A program made the translations under genes and the position numbers. DNA of 64,000 nt from Haliscomenobacter sp. (GTDB taxonomy: Bacteria; Bacteroidota; Bacteroidia; Chitinophagales; Saprospiraceae): the NCBI RefSeq assembly GCF_033763495.1, contig NZ_JANRKL010000115.1, positions 29 through 64,028 on the forward strand, in the 5' to 3' direction. Shown here piece after piece: positions 62,727 through 64,000 of this stretch; position 1 is the first letter of the stretch, and every line of letters starts with the position of its first letter. Below the pieces are notes generated by a model. That model did no database searches. It saw only the letters and a program-made list of their open reading frames with translations, and had not been told where the DNA came from.

Positions 62727-64000
62727 ATGAAAAAAATCCTTTTCCTGCTGACTGCTGTCTTGTTTTTTTTGCAAAAAAACGATGCGCAAAATTCGCTGCG
62801 CTACGTCAATCCACTCGTTGGAACTGACTCGGATTTCAGCTTGTCCACGGGCAACACCTACCCTGCGATTGCGCTGCCCTGGGGCATGAACTTCTGGACA
62901 CCCCAAACGGCTCCCAACGGCGACGGTTGGCAATACGCCTACGATGCCAATAAAATCAGGGGCTTCAAACAAACCCACCAGCCCTCGCCCTGGATCAACG
63001 ATTACGGCGCATTCTCCCTGCTGCCCATGACGGGTAAAAACCCGGAAGTTCGCGACAAAAAACGGGGTTCCTGGTTCTCCCACAAAACCGAAACCGCCAT
63101 GGCCCACTACTATCAGGTCTATTTGGCAGATTACGATTGCTGGGCCGAAATCACCCCCACCGAACGGGCGGCCCAAATGCGTTTCCGCTGGGGGCAGGAA
63201 GGACCAAAATGTGTGTTGCTCGATGCCTTTGACAAAGGCAGTATGGTCAAAATCATTCCGGCGGAGCGCAAAATCATTGGCTATGCCCAAAATCACCACG
63301 GTAAAGTGCCGGATAATTTCCGCAATTATTTCGTAGCGGTTTTTGACCAGGATTTTGAAGGTTTTAGCACCTTTAGCGATACCATTGTGCTGAAAGATGC
63401 CAGTGTGGAAGGCAAACACGTTGGGGCAGTGGTGCACTTCAAACCCGGCATTCGCCAGGTTGGGGTTAAACTGGCCTCTTCATTCATCAGCCACGAGCAA
63501 GCCGAATTGAACCTCCAGCGTGAAATCGGCAGCGACGCCTTTGATGCTACCCGCGAAAAAGCTCGACAAACATGGGAAAGAACCTTCGCCCGGATTCAGG
63601 TACAAGGCGGATTGGAAACGGACAAAATGAATTTTTACACCGCCCTGTACCGGGTCATGTTGTTCCCCCGCAAGTTTTTTGAATACGACGCCAAGGGGCA
63701 AATGGTGCATTACAGCCCCTACAATGGGCAGGTTTTGCCGGGCTACATGTTTACCGACAATGGTTTTTGGGACACTTTCCGTGCGGTTTTCCCACTCTTT
63801 TCGGTGCTTTTTCCCGAACTAGACCGCCAGATCATGGAGGGTTTGGTCAATGCCTATAAAGAAAGTGGCTGGTTGCCGGAATGGGCCAGCCCCGGGCACC
63901 GCGATTGTATGATTGGCTCCAATTCATCTTCCTTGATCGCCGAAGCCTGGCTCAAAGGCATTCGGGGCTACGACATCAACCTCTTGTACGAGGCCATGGT
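62727..64000 (+). CDS. GH92-family alpha-mannosidase, N-terminal 424 codons; continues past the right window edge
   Basis: Absent from the ORF track because no stop lies in the window. From the ATG at 62727 it reads MKKILFLLTAVLFFLQKNDAQNSLRYVNPLVGTDSDFSLSTGNTYPAIALPWGMNFWTPQT...GFKQTHQPSPWINDYG...FTDNGFWDTFRA...GWLPEWASPG, the conserved GH92 N-terminal and catalytic-domain pattern. Confidence 0.85.
   Translation, partial: MKKILFLLTAVLFFLQKNDAQNSLRYVNPLVGTDSDFSLSTGNTYPAIALPWGMNFWTPQTAPNGDGWQYAYDANKIRGFKQTHQPSPWINDYGAFSLLPMTGKNPEVRDKKRGSWFSHKTETAMAHYYQVYLADYDCWAEITPTERAAQMRFRWGQEGPKCVLLDAFDKGSMVKIIPAERKIIGYAQNHHGKVPDNFRNYFVAVFDQDFEGFSTFSDTIVLKDASVEGKHVGAVVHFKPGIRQVGVKLASSFISHEQAELNLQREIGSDAFDATREKARQTWERTFARIQVQGGLETDKMNFYTALYRVMLFPRKFFEYDAKGQMVHYSPYNGQVLPGYMFTDNGFWDTFRAVFPLFSVLFPELDRQIMEGLVNAYKESGWLPEWASPGHRDCMIGSNSSSLIAEAWLKGIRGYDINLLYEAM

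Noticed and set aside
62706-63437. A 243-aa minus-strand track ORF at the right end of the window.
   Set aside because: The plus strand over the same region encodes an unmistakable GH92 N-terminus with a signal peptide. The minus-strand ORF is its shadow.
1-64000. A search by eye for tRNA, rRNA, tmRNA, RNase P, CRISPR arrays, integrases and transposases.
   Set aside because: No intergenic region shows a cloverleaf-like tRNA sequence, and none shows evenly spaced direct repeats with unique spacers. No ORF resembles a recombinase or transposase. A covariance-model scan (tRNAscan or Infernal) would be needed to exclude small ncRNAs.

Overview
This 64-kb segment looks like Bacteroidota chromosome. 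The evidence is a T9SS C-terminal sorting domain, ECF sigma/FecR modules, GH92 and GH30 genes, an XisH/XisI pair and many signal-peptide outer-membrane proteins. I call 55 protein-coding genes. Two are cut by the window edges and so are absent from the ORF track: uvrA at the left edge and a GH92 mannosidase at the right edge. Several track ORFs begin at TTG and were trimmed to better starts. By eye I found no rRNA, tRNA, CRISPR array, integrase or transposase. Housekeeping genes (uvrA, hemB, yidD, upp, tcdA, tatD-like, ggt-like) sit among accessory blocks. Those blocks include a galactarate/glucarate catabolic cluster (GntP permease, garD, kdgD) and a four-gene sensory/outer-membrane cluster (cupredoxin-like, porin-like, TPR histidine kinase, LuxR response regulator). 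They also include a DUF433/DUF5615 toxin-antitoxin pair in an AT-rich islet. The candidates most worth a second look, all unproven, are these. (1) An ECF sigma/FecR module whose STN-domain partner is a Gly-Gln repeat protein rather than a TonB-dependent transducer (44794-49862). (2) An XisH/XisI pair followed by a strongly AT-rich orphan lipoprotein gene (37674-39457). (3) Two paralogous small basic secreted proteins flanking a BNR/VPS10-type propeller gene, each preceded by the same palindromic box (57236-60987). (4) A tightly coupled DUF4240-like plus GIY-YIG-like gene pair (11160-12128). The intergenic space also holds several short-repeat families: CAC-N-AAG octamer elements, GGCTAAAGCC quasi-palindromes, a hexanucleotide microsatellite, and 33-36-bp perfect palindromes between convergent genes. 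All family assignments come from motif recognition by eye. No database search was run.
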